From assembly GCA_963825525.1 (NCBI GenBank), contig CAWGTN010000002.1:448001-512000 (forward strand): DNA of 64,000 nt, read 5' to 3'. The stretch is from an uncultured Chloroflexia bacterium (GTDB lineage Bacteria; Chloroflexota; Limnocylindria; QHBO01). Under the pieces are notes generated by a model, which ran no database searches, was not told the DNA's origin, and worked only from the letters and a program-made list of their open reading frames with translations. Below are positions 1-8,189 of the stretch, piece after piece (the first letter of the stretch is position 1; each line of letters begins with the position of its first letter). The position numbers and the translations under genes are program-made.

Positions 1-178
1 AGCCGATCGGGCGATCGGCCTCGTCAGTGGCCACGAGCAGCAGGTGATCGTCACGATCCATGATCGGCTGTGCGCGACGGAGCATCGCCACCGCGTCCAC
101 CGGATACCCGAGCTGCGTGGTCAGCGCAGCGACCGCCGGGGCGTCATCGGCGCGCATGGGTCGGATCCGCGTCGTCAA
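1..178 (-). CDS. GNAT family N-acetyltransferase, partial (runs off window start)
   Basis: Manual translation from TTG at 178, overlapping the xseB stop: LTTRIRPMRADDAPAVAALTTQLGYP...HLLLVATDEADRPIG, a typical GNAT N-terminus. Confidence 0.7.
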   Translation of the reverse strand, partial: MTTRIRPMRADDAPAVAALTTQLGYPVDAVAMLRRAQPIMDRDDHLLLVATDEADRPIG

Positions 179-447
179 GTGGTGGACGCTGGCTCCGCAT
201 CGAGCTCCGCGCCGACCACGCCTCGCCGGCCGAGCTCGGTGATCGTGAGCTCGGCGTCACGCAGCCGGGTCTCGCATGCCGAGTGGAGCCGCAGCCCGCG
301 CTGATAGAGCTCGATGCTCTCCTCGAGCCCGGCATCACCGCCCTCGAGCCGCTGGACGGTCGCCTGCAGAGCGACCACCAGCTCATCGAAGGGGCGCTTG
401 GCGAGGTCCTCGTCGCTCAGTCCGTCGAGGGTTGCGTCATCGATCAT
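175..447 (-). CDS. xseB: Exodeoxyribonuclease VII small subunit
   Basis: FDELVVALQATVQRLE...LEESIELYQRGLRLHSACETRL motif; overlaps xseA. Confidence 0.93.
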   Translation of the reverse strand: MIDDATLDGLSDEDLAKRPFDELVVALQATVQRLEGGDAGLEESIELYQRGLRLHSACETRLRDAELTITELGRRGVVGAELDAEPASTT

Positions 448-1739
448 GAGAGGAGCTCCTCGGTGCCGTCGGCGCGGGTCTCTTCCACGCGCGTGTCCAC
501 GGTACCCCGCGCGACGATGACCTGCAGCGGGTCGCCGACCGCGACGCTCGTCGCGTCCCGCACGATTCGCCCGTCCGCGGCGCGGGCCACGGCATAGCCC
601 CGCTCGAGCGTGGCCAGCGGCGAGAGAGTACGGAGCGTGGCGTGGGCCGTATCGACCAGCATGCGGCGTTGCATCGTTCGCTGGCTGACGGCGCGAAGTC
701 CACGCTCGAGGAGGTCCGAGGTTCGCTGGCGTGCAGACCCGATGTCCGGTGCGAGCCCGGCCAGTGCCCGGCGCTCGGCATCGAGCCGGCGCCGCCGCTC
801 GGCCGCTCGGCCGGTGAGGGCAGCCGTGGACCGATCGCGCATGCGGCCGATGACCGAGGCGAGCTGGGTCGCGTCGGGGGTGGCGAGCTCGGCGGCAGCG
901 CTGGGAGTCGGAGCCCGCAGGTCCGCGGCAAAGTCTGCCAGCGTCACGTCGGACTCGTGGCCGACGCCCACGATGATCGGCACCGGTGACGCGGCGACAG
1001 ACCGCACGACCTTCTCATCGTTGAAGCACCACAGGTCCTCGAGCGAGCCGCCTCCGCGCGCCAGGATGATCGTGTCGAGATCCGGCTGGGCATACAGCCG
1101 CTCCAGCGCCCGCACCACGGCCGGGGCCGCCGTGACGCCCTGCACCACGGTCGGCGACAGGACCAGCTCGGCCAGCGGGTAGCGCCGCCGCAGAACGTTG
1201 GTGATATCACGCCAGACGGCTCCCACGGGCGATGTCACCACGCCGATGCGACGCGGCCAACGCGGGATCGGGCGCTTGCGCGATTCCTCGAACAGGCCGG
1301 CCGCGGCCAGCTCGACTCGCAGCGCCTCGTAGCGGGCGTGGAGATCGCCGGCGCCCGCGGCGGTGATGGTGTCGACGTACAGCTGGTAGACGCCCTGCGG
1401 CTCGTACGCGCGCACCCGACCGTGGATGATCACGTTCATGCCATGGACCGGACGCATCCCGGACCGGGTGAGCTCCTCGCGGAACAGGGCCGCGCGAAGC
1501 TGGCTGTTGGCGTCCTTCAGGGTGAAGAAGCAATGGCCGGAGGCGGGAAACGATGGCTGGCTGATCTCACCCTCGACCCACACGTCGGCGAGGACCGCAT
1601 CGCTGTCGAGCAGGCTTCGAACTCGACGATTGAGGTCCGTCACGCGAAGGATGCGCGGGGTCGCCCGGATCGGCGTCGACTCCGGCTCCGTCTCGGGTTT
1701 CGCCTGGTCCCAGATGCTCGGCTGGTCCGGAGAGCCCAT
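444..1739 (-). CDS. xseA: Exodeoxyribonuclease VII large subunit
   Basis: VWVEGEIS, SGHCFFTLKD, RGGGSLEDLWCFN, GVGHESD, PTPSAAAE motifs. Confidence 0.97.
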   Translation of the reverse strand: MGSPDQPSIWDQAKPETEPESTPIRATPRILRVTDLNRRVRSLLDSDAVLADVWVEGEISQPSFPASGHCFFTLKDANSQLRAALFREELTRSGMRPVHGMNVIIHGRVRAYEPQGVYQLYVDTITAAGAGDLHARYEALRVELAAAGLFEESRKRPIPRWPRRIGVVTSPVGAVWRDITNVLRRRYPLAELVLSPTVVQGVTAAPAVVRALERLYAQPDLDTIILARGGGSLEDLWCFNDEKVVRSVAASPVPIIVGVGHESDVTLADFAADLRAPTPSAAAELATPDATQLASVIGRMRDRSTAALTGRAAERRRRLDAERRALAGLAPDIGSARQRTSDLLERGLRAVSQRTMQRRMLVDTAHATLRTLSPLATLERGYAVARAADGRIVRDATSVAVGDPLQVIVARGTVDTRVEETRADGTEELLS

Positions 1740-1744
1740 CGGCC

Positions 1745-2305
1745 CTACTGGACCCGGGTGACGTACTCGCCGGTGCGGGTGTCGATCCGCAGGAGGTCGC
1801 CCTCGTTCACGAACAGCGGAACCTGGACCACGAGGCCGGTCTGCACGGTTGCGGCCTTCTTGGCGCCGGTCGCCGTGTCACCGGCAAAGCCCGGATCGGT
1901 CTGGGTCACGCGCAGATCGACGGTCACCGGGAGGTCGACGCCGAGGATCTCGTCCTCGTGCGAGCTCACGAACACCTCGGTGTTCTCCACCAGGTAGCGC
2001 GCGTCATCGCCCAGCATCGCCCCGCCGACCGCGAACTGGTCGTACGTCTCGCTGTCCATGAAGTGGTAGACGTCACCATCGGCGTACAGGTACTGGACCC
2101 GACGCTGCTCGACCCGCGCTCGGGGCCAGCGGGTGCCAGCCTGGAACGTGCGCTCGACGATGTCGCCCTTGCGCACGTTCTGGAGCTTCATACGGACCTG
2201 GGCCGATCCCCGTGCCATCTTGATGTGGCTCCAGTCGAGGACCTTCATCAGCTGCCCGTCAAGCTCGATGATGACGCCCTTCTTGACGTCGCCGGTGCTG
2301 ATCAA
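1745..2305 (-). CDS. efp: Elongation factor P
   Basis: QYLY.DG..YHFMD.ETYDQ, VPLFVNEGD, IDTRTGEYVTR; tip loop KMARG. Confidence 0.97.
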   Translation of the reverse strand: MISTGDVKKGVIIELDGQLMKVLDWSHIKMARGSAQVRMKLQNVRKGDIVERTFQAGTRWPRARVEQRRVQYLYADGDVYHFMDSETYDQFAVGGAMLGDDARYLVENTEVFVSSHEDEILGVDLPVTVDLRVTQTDPGFAGDTATGAKKAATVQTGLVVQVPLFVNEGDLLRIDTRTGEYVTRVQ

Positions 2306-2354
2306 TCGTGACTCCTGTTGGTGGACCGATGTGGTGCGCGCTCAAGGATAGCGT

Positions 2355-3452
2355 TCAGCCGATCACCAGCGCCTCACGCGGCGAGGTCGTCAGCAGCCGT
2401 GGGCCTGACTCCTCCAGCGCCACGATGTCCTCGATCCGGATCCCGGTGACGCCCGGGAGGTAGATCCCGGGCTCGACGCTGAACACCATCCCCGCCTCCA
2501 GCCTCGAGGGCGCGCTGCGCCGCAGGCTCGGCGCCTCGTGAGTCTCCAGCCCGATGCCATGACCCAGGCCGTGCCCGTAAGGCTCAACCCCCTCCTGCTC
2601 GATGCGCTCCCGTGACAGGCGATCGAGTTCCTGGCCGTCCGCGCCGACAGTGATTCCCTCGATCGCGATCTGCTGTGCTTCCCGAACCGCATCGTGGTAT
2701 CGACGGACGTCGTCCGGCACATCGCCGACGAACAGGGTGCGCGTCATGTCCGAGCGGTAGCCATCCACCGCACAACCGAAGTCGATGAGGAGCACGTTGC
2801 CACGCTCGATCACGGCGTCCGATGGCCTGCCATGCGGCATCGCGGCCCTGGCGCCGGCCAGAACGATGGGCTCGAAGGCCAGGCCCTCCGCCCCGCTCGT
2901 CCGGAAGAATCGCTCGAGCTCAAGGGCGACCTGCCGTTCGGTCATGCCCGGTCGGATCCAACCGACCAGGTGGGCGAGACACGCGTCGGTCAACTCGCAG
3001 GCACGCTCGATGTCCGCGATCTCCTGCGCGGTCTTCAGGAGGCGCAGCGGGATGAGCTCGTCGTCGATCGCATGCAGCTCGACGCCGGGTGCGGCCTCCG
3101 CCAGCAGCGACCAGTCCGCGTGGCTCATCACCCGCGACTCCATGCCGAGCGCCGCGACACGGTGTCGGAGGAGCACCTCCGGCAACTCGCCGTGGATCGC
3201 GCCGGCGGTGGCCACGAGCTCCCAGCCCGGAGCCTGGTCCGCCGCCTGCTCCACGTAGCGGGAATCGGCGAAGATCAGCATCTCATCGGACGTCACCAGG
3301 AGGGTGCCTGACCAGCCGGAGGTCGGGCCCTCGGCGTCGCCCAGCTGGAAGCCGCTGAAGTAGCGGCGATTCGCGTTCCGGCTGATGAGCACGGCATCCA
3401 GGGACCGAGCCGCGAGCACGGCCCGAAGGCGTTCGATGCGAGCGGCCGTCAC
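2355..3452 (-). CDS. Xaa-Pro aminopeptidase (M24 family)
   Basis: DFG, YRSDMTRT, HGLGHGIGLETHE, VEPGIY, GIRIED motifs; GTG start at 3452 overlaps the mltG stop. Confidence 0.93.
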   Translation of the reverse strand: MTAARIERLRAVLAARSLDAVLISRNANRRYFSGFQLGDAEGPTSGWSGTLLVTSDEMLIFADSRYVEQAADQAPGWELVATAGAIHGELPEVLLRHRVAALGMESRVMSHADWSLLAEAAPGVELHAIDDELIPLRLLKTAQEIADIERACELTDACLAHLVGWIRPGMTERQVALELERFFRTSGAEGLAFEPIVLAGARAAMPHGRPSDAVIERGNVLLIDFGCAVDGYRSDMTRTLFVGDVPDDVRRYHDAVREAQQIAIEGITVGADGQELDRLSRERIEQEGVEPYGHGLGHGIGLETHEAPSLRRSAPSRLEAGMVFSVEPGIYLPGVTGIRIEDIVALEESGPRLLTTSPREALVIG

Positions 3453-4831
3453 AGGCCGGCACACTCCTGGTTGGCGCGCGCGATGTTGGCGTTGTGCTCG
3501 TCGAGGGTCGTCGAGAAATAGTGCGAACCATCCCGCACCCCGTTCGGGCAACCGGCCACGAAGAACAGATAGCCCTCGTCGAGCGGCGCACTGGCCACCG
3601 CGGCGATGGACCCGATGCGCGGCGCGGCGATCGGCATCGGCGGCAGGCCGGGCCGCGTGTAGGTCTGGAAGCCGAGCAAGGTTTCGTCCAGGGCGACATC
3701 GCCACCGCTCACCTGCAGCTGCGGCCACCAGTTCACGGTGCCCCACTCGTCCACCGGAAGGTTTCCGCCGCCCTCGCCCAGCAACGGATGCCCGACCGGC
3801 CGCAGCTCGCCCGTGGTCAGGCCGTATTGGAGCGTGGGATCGGCATTGAGGAGGCCCACGGTCTGTTGGTTGTCCGGCTGCAGGAAGCGGTTGGTATAGA
3901 CCGCCGCGATGCGCGGGCGCTCCTCGTCGATCACGGCCTCGCGCTCGACGATGCTGGCGATGATCACCGCCTCGTCGATCGACAGGCCCTTGGCGGCGAT
4001 CCCGTCGCGAATCTCCTGGGTCAGCGCCTTGCCGAACTCGTCGAGGAGGCGCCGCACCACGGCTCGCGGCGTGGAGCTCTCGCCGCTGATCTGGTATTCG
4101 AGCGTCTCGGGCAGGATGTATCCCTCGAGTGATCGACCTGCCGGCAGATCGGCCAGGAAGTCGAACTCGTTGAGGAGTTCGGCCGGCGGCGCCTGCAGCA
4201 GCGAGGCGAACTCCTCCATGTTCATGGTCATCTTGCTCTCGGCGAAGGCCGCCACCACCTCCTCGATACGGAGGCCCTCGCGCAGGGTGACGCTGGTCAC
4301 CTCGCCGAACGGCTGACCCTGGAGCGCGGCGACGATCTCCGATGGGCGCAGGGTGGGTGACAGGTCGAACACGCCTGCCGCAAGCGTTCCCTCTCTCCCG
4401 GAAGAGATGACGGCGTACTGGAAGGCGATCTGGTTGCGGACCAGGCCCTGTTCGAGGAGCAGCTGGCCGATCGAGGTGTCGGTGGCCCCCTGCTCGACAG
4501 TGACCGTCACGCGACGCTGTTCGGCGCTGGCTGGCTCATCGGCCAGGACGTCGGGCTGGTACCAGCGCACGAAGTCCTCGACGAGGCCGTGCTCGATCGC
4601 CCCGGGGTTGTCCTCGACCCAGGCCATGACCCGCGGTGCGAAGAACGTGGTGAAGCCGAAGAAGATGAGAAAGCCGAGCAGCGCGATGGATCCGGCGATC
4701 CAGACGACCAGGAGCAGAGGCTCGATGCGGCGTCGCCGGCGAACGGGGCCCTCGCGCTGTTCGCGCAGGCGCCGGATGCGTGCGTTGCGTCGCTCCTCGT
4801 ACTCCCCCATGGGCGCCGGGCGTCGGCTCAT
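3449..4831 (-). CDS. mltG: Endolytic transglycosylase MltG
   Basis: N-terminal TM helix; LEGYILPETL, IIASIVEREA, ADPTLQYG, TYTRPGLPPMPI, YLFFVA. Confidence 0.93.
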   Translation of the reverse strand: MSRRPAPMGEYEERRNARIRRLREQREGPVRRRRRIEPLLLVVWIAGSIALLGFLIFFGFTTFFAPRVMAWVEDNPGAIEHGLVEDFVRWYQPDVLADEPASAEQRRVTVTVEQGATDTSIGQLLLEQGLVRNQIAFQYAVISSGREGTLAAGVFDLSPTLRPSEIVAALQGQPFGEVTSVTLREGLRIEEVVAAFAESKMTMNMEEFASLLQAPPAELLNEFDFLADLPAGRSLEGYILPETLEYQISGESSTPRAVVRRLLDEFGKALTQEIRDGIAAKGLSIDEAVIIASIVEREAVIDEERPRIAAVYTNRFLQPDNQQTVGLLNADPTLQYGLTTGELRPVGHPLLGEGGGNLPVDEWGTVNWWPQLQVSGGDVALDETLLGFQTYTRPGLPPMPIAAPRIGSIAAVASAPLDEGYLFFVAGCPNGVRDGSHYFSTTLDEHNANIARANQECAGL

Positions 4832-5253
4832 TCGGTCTCCTCAGGCGGTTGGGCGTCCAGGTATTGTTGCAGGATCACACGGGCCGCTGCCGAGTCGAGC
4901 TGCCCGCTGCGACGCGACGGCCGCGCCCCGGCGTCCGCCAGGCGCTCCCCCGCCTCCCATGAGCTGAGTCGCTCGTCCTGGTAGGCAATTCTCATGCCGA
5001 GAGCGGCCAACCGGTCTCCGAACGAGCGAGCGGCAGCGGCCTGCGAACCCTCGCTGCCGTCCATGTTCAGCGGGAGCCCGATCACGACCATGCTGGCATG
5101 CTCGGATGCGGCGAGAGCGCGGAGTGCGGCGAGGTCGGCATCCAGGTTGCTTCGGATGAGCGCGGGTCGTGCAAACGCCATCCGGGTTTCCGTGTCCCCC
5201 GCCGCCACGCCGATGCGACGACCTCCGTGATCGAGGCCGATGACGGTTGTCAC
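4828..5253 (-). CDS. ruvX: Holliday junction resolvase-like / pre-16S rRNA nuclease RuvX (YqgF)
   Basis: GLDHGGRRIGVA, VIGLPLNMDGSEG, QDERLSS, LDSAAARVILQQYLD; GTG start at 5253. Confidence 0.95.
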   Translation of the reverse strand: MTTVIGLDHGGRRIGVAAGDTETRMAFARPALIRSNLDADLAALRALAASEHASMVVIGLPLNMDGSEGSQAAAARSFGDRLAALGMRIAYQDERLSSWEAGERLADAGARPSRRSGQLDSAAARVILQQYLDAQPPEETE

Positions 5254-6896
5254 GGAGCCGTCGACGGCACTGGTTCGCCCTCGACCGTGACGATGACGCG
5301 CCAATCCAGGGCGGGCACGTCTCCCACCCACCCCGGCCACAGCTCCACGGTCGCGTCGCCGAGCGGCTCCAGCGCGGCCTCCGCCTGTTCGGCCGACAGC
5401 CCGCGAACGAGGTCCACGATGGCCTGCCGATCCACCGCCTCGACGATGGTCCCCACGACCTCAACCCGGACGACGAGCTCGGAGCCATCACGGTTGGCAT
5501 CCACGATCTGCACCTGGTGACTGCCCGGGACGAGCTCCGTTCCCTCGGGCAGGAGTGACCGGTCGCCGTTCACCCTGGACTCGGCGAGTGCATCGACTTC
5601 GCTCCGCTCGACGGTCATCCGGTCGTACTCGATTGATCCCTGGATCTCGGCGGTCTCCTCGTCGCGCGTCCCGACGAGCCCCTCCAGGCCGTCGACCAGG
5701 GGATCGGCAGCCCCCGTGCCCGATTCGACGACCTGGCCATCGGTGCCCCCGAACCGCTCGCTCAAGGCATCTTCGAGATCGGAGATGAGCTGTCCGCGCG
5801 CGGCGTCCACGTCGGCCTGGAGGATCTCGGTGCCGACGTCGTCGATCCCTCCCGATGTCGGTTCGGGGTTGATGACCAGCCGCTGCGTGTTGTTCGGGAA
5901 TCCGCGGAGGCGCGCCGCCACGTTCTGGCTCAGAACGGTGTCGATTGCCTCCGCCGCCACGTTGCCATCCGGCCCGGCAGCGGCGGCCCGCACGTCGACG
6001 GCCTCCTCGCCGGCACGGATGGTTCCCTCGGCGGTGAGCGCGCCGGCGGGGACCACGATCTCCGCAACCGTCTCGTATGCCTGCTCTCCGGCCGCCACCA
6101 GCGCGCCGGCCCCGACGGATACCGCCACGGTGTTGAAGTTCCGGAACACCACGGTCCCGGTGGCCGGGGCCTGGATGGGATACGTGCCGGACGCCGTGAC
6201 GGTGGCGGTGGCCTCGACGCTCCCCTGCAGGCGTCCCGGATCGGCGATGCGCAGCGCGTACGACGCCGGCCCGATCTGCCGGCTGGCTGGGACCAGGCGG
6301 ATCGATGCAGCGGGGGCCACCGCGAGGACGCCGACCGTACCGCCGACCAGGAGCAGCGCGATGAGTGCCACCGGAATGACGACCGCCCGACCTGCGCGTC
6401 GTTTCCGGGCCGCACCAGCGGCGGGCGGTGAGGGGACCCTCGCACGGGGCACCGTGACCTCGCGCGTCTCCTCGGCGTCGGCGAGGAGTGCGGGGCCGGG
6501 CATGCCGGCCTGCGGGGCGCTGACGACGGCGGCCGCCAGCCCGGTCGTCTCCTCGGACATGTCACCGCGAACCACCCGGATGGGGGCGCGTGCGGAGGGG
6601 GCCTCGGCGTCAGTCATCGGCTCGGCCGTCCGCGCATCGGCGATGGTCGCCCACGCGTCCAGACCGGCCTCGGCAGCCAGCGAACGAGTCAGCGGATCCC
6701 CCACCACGGACAACCCGCGCCCGGTGGCATCGGCGACGCGTGCCAGCAGGCGGAGAGCAACGACGCTCGATGTCGCGCGCGAGCGGCCGGGCGCCACGAG
6801 CACGATCCGCTCGGCGTCCAGCGCGCGGATACGACGCACGACGCTCGTCACCTCGTCATCCGACTCGAGGTACAGGAGTGCGACTGCGTCGGTCAC
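5250..6896 (-). CDS. Membrane-anchored protein with baseplate J/gp47-like extracellular domain
   Basis: Cytoplasmic N-domain (LYLESDDEVTSVVRRI), Pro/Ala linker, one TM (VVIPVALIALLLVGGTVGVLAV), then ATGTVVFRN...VPAG...VDVRAAAAGPDGNVAAEAI...GGID resembling baseplate-J beta domains. Confidence 0.65.
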   Translation of the reverse strand: MTDAVALLYLESDDEVTSVVRRIRALDAERIVLVAPGRSRATSSVVALRLLARVADATGRGLSVVGDPLTRSLAAEAGLDAWATIADARTAEPMTDAEAPSARAPIRVVRGDMSEETTGLAAAVVSAPQAGMPGPALLADAEETREVTVPRARVPSPPAAGAARKRRAGRAVVIPVALIALLLVGGTVGVLAVAPAASIRLVPASRQIGPASYALRIADPGRLQGSVEATATVTASGTYPIQAPATGTVVFRNFNTVAVSVGAGALVAAGEQAYETVAEIVVPAGALTAEGTIRAGEEAVDVRAAAAGPDGNVAAEAIDTVLSQNVAARLRGFPNNTQRLVINPEPTSGGIDDVGTEILQADVDAARGQLISDLEDALSERFGGTDGQVVESGTGAADPLVDGLEGLVGTRDEETAEIQGSIEYDRMTVERSEVDALAESRVNGDRSLLPEGTELVPGSHQVQIVDANRDGSELVVRVEVVGTIVEAVDRQAIVDLVRGLSAEQAEAALEPLGDATVELWPGWVGDVPALDWRVIVTVEGEPVPSTAP

Positions 6897-8179
6897 AGCG
6901 CCATCTCCCGTACCACGCCACGCATCGCGCGGTCGACCGAGGAGGCTCCGGCGTCGAGGATGAGTGCCTGGTGGGCCAGTGCCAGCGGGGTCACGTCCTG
7001 CCGGCTGCCGAGGTGCCCGGTGGCGTCACGCAGTCCGACGACCTCGTCCGGCGACATGGCGCGGACTTTTGGCTGCCGAGCGAACGGCAGGGCGCCCCAC
7101 CAGCCGTCCTCGTCCAGGACGCTCCTGACCTGGGCAAGGTCGGCGCCGCCACCGCACAGCAGGATGCGGCCGGGCAGCAGCTCGCCGGCGGCGAGGTCGC
7201 CGATCATGAGCTCGATCCCGTCACGCCAGATCCGGGCGTCCTCCAGGAGCGCATCGGAGACGTCGGGCCGCGCGGCATCGGCCGACGCGAGCTTGAGCGT
7301 CTCGGCCTCGGCGAACGAGATCGCGAGTCGTTCCGCCACGCCCTTGGTGAACGCTCGTCCCCCGAGGGCCAACATCTTGGTACCGGCGATGCCTCCACCC
7401 CGGACCAGCGCAACGTCGGTCGTCCCGCCGCCGATATCGATGAACACGGCTCCCGCATCGCCCAGCTCACCCGGGTCCAGGCAGGTCGCGACAGCATACG
7501 GCTCGGCGATGACTCCCAGCAGCTCGAGGTCGAGGGCGGTGGCAACCGATTGCAGCGCCCCCAGGTGGACCATTGGCGCAAAGGCGTTGAACAGGTGCAG
7601 CTCGACCTGCGCCCCGGTGAAGCCGATGGGGTTGCTCACCGGATAGCCATCGATCTCCATCTCGACGATCGCGGCGTGAACGAGGCGCACGTCAAGGCGC
7701 TCCATCCCGGACTCCCAGCGGATGCGCTCCTCGGCCTCACGCAGCGCCGAGGTCTGGGCACGCGCCACGATCCGTTGCAGCTCATCCTCGTCGAGAGGCC
7801 TGCGCGGCGCGTCACGGCGCATGACGAGCGTGCTGGTGGCCCCCTTGACGAGCTCGCCCGCGATGCCGATGACGGCCGCCGTCGGACGGCGCCCGGCCAT
7901 GGCGCGTGCCTCGTTCATGGCCAGACGACAATTCTCGACCACGGCGTCGATGTCGCTCACCGTGCCCGATTGCATGTGCGCCAGGCCCTGCCGCTGACGG
8001 CCGCTGCCCAGCACGACGCCGGAGAGGTGGCCACTCGGATCTCGATCCACTGACAGGACGAGCGCCTTCGCGAACTCGGTGCCGATGTCGAGGGCCGCGA
8101 TGGCCGGGCTCGCGCCACCGCGCGCCATGCCGCGGATTCGATCCGCGACGCGGCCCCAGACCCCCTGCACGACCGTCAC
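6893..8179 (-). CDS. FtsA-like actin-fold ATPase
   Basis: ALDIGTEFAKA (phosphate-1), AEPYAVA, FIDIGGGTTDVA (phosphate-2), LCGGGADL (adenosine); start uncertain (8179 GTG or 8128 ATG). Confidence 0.85.
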   Translation of the reverse strand: MTVVQGVWGRVADRIRGMARGGASPAIAALDIGTEFAKALVLSVDRDPSGHLSGVVLGSGRQRQGLAHMQSGTVSDIDAVVENCRLAMNEARAMAGRRPTAAVIGIAGELVKGATSTLVMRRDAPRRPLDEDELQRIVARAQTSALREAEERIRWESGMERLDVRLVHAAIVEMEIDGYPVSNPIGFTGAQVELHLFNAFAPMVHLGALQSVATALDLELLGVIAEPYAVATCLDPGELGDAGAVFIDIGGGTTDVALVRGGGIAGTKMLALGGRAFTKGVAERLAISFAEAETLKLASADAARPDVSDALLEDARIWRDGIELMIGDLAAGELLPGRILLCGGGADLAQVRSVLDEDGWWGALPFARQPKVRAMSPDEVVGLRDATGHLGSRQDVTPLALAHQALILDAGASSVDRAMRGVVREMAL

Positions 8180-8189
8180 CGCCGGCGTG

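Noticed and set aside
5250-6896. Prophage or contractile injection system, suggested by the baseplate-J-like gene
   Set aside because: No sheath, tube, spike, capsid or integrase genes nearby; the protein has a TM anchor and sits in a housekeeping operon
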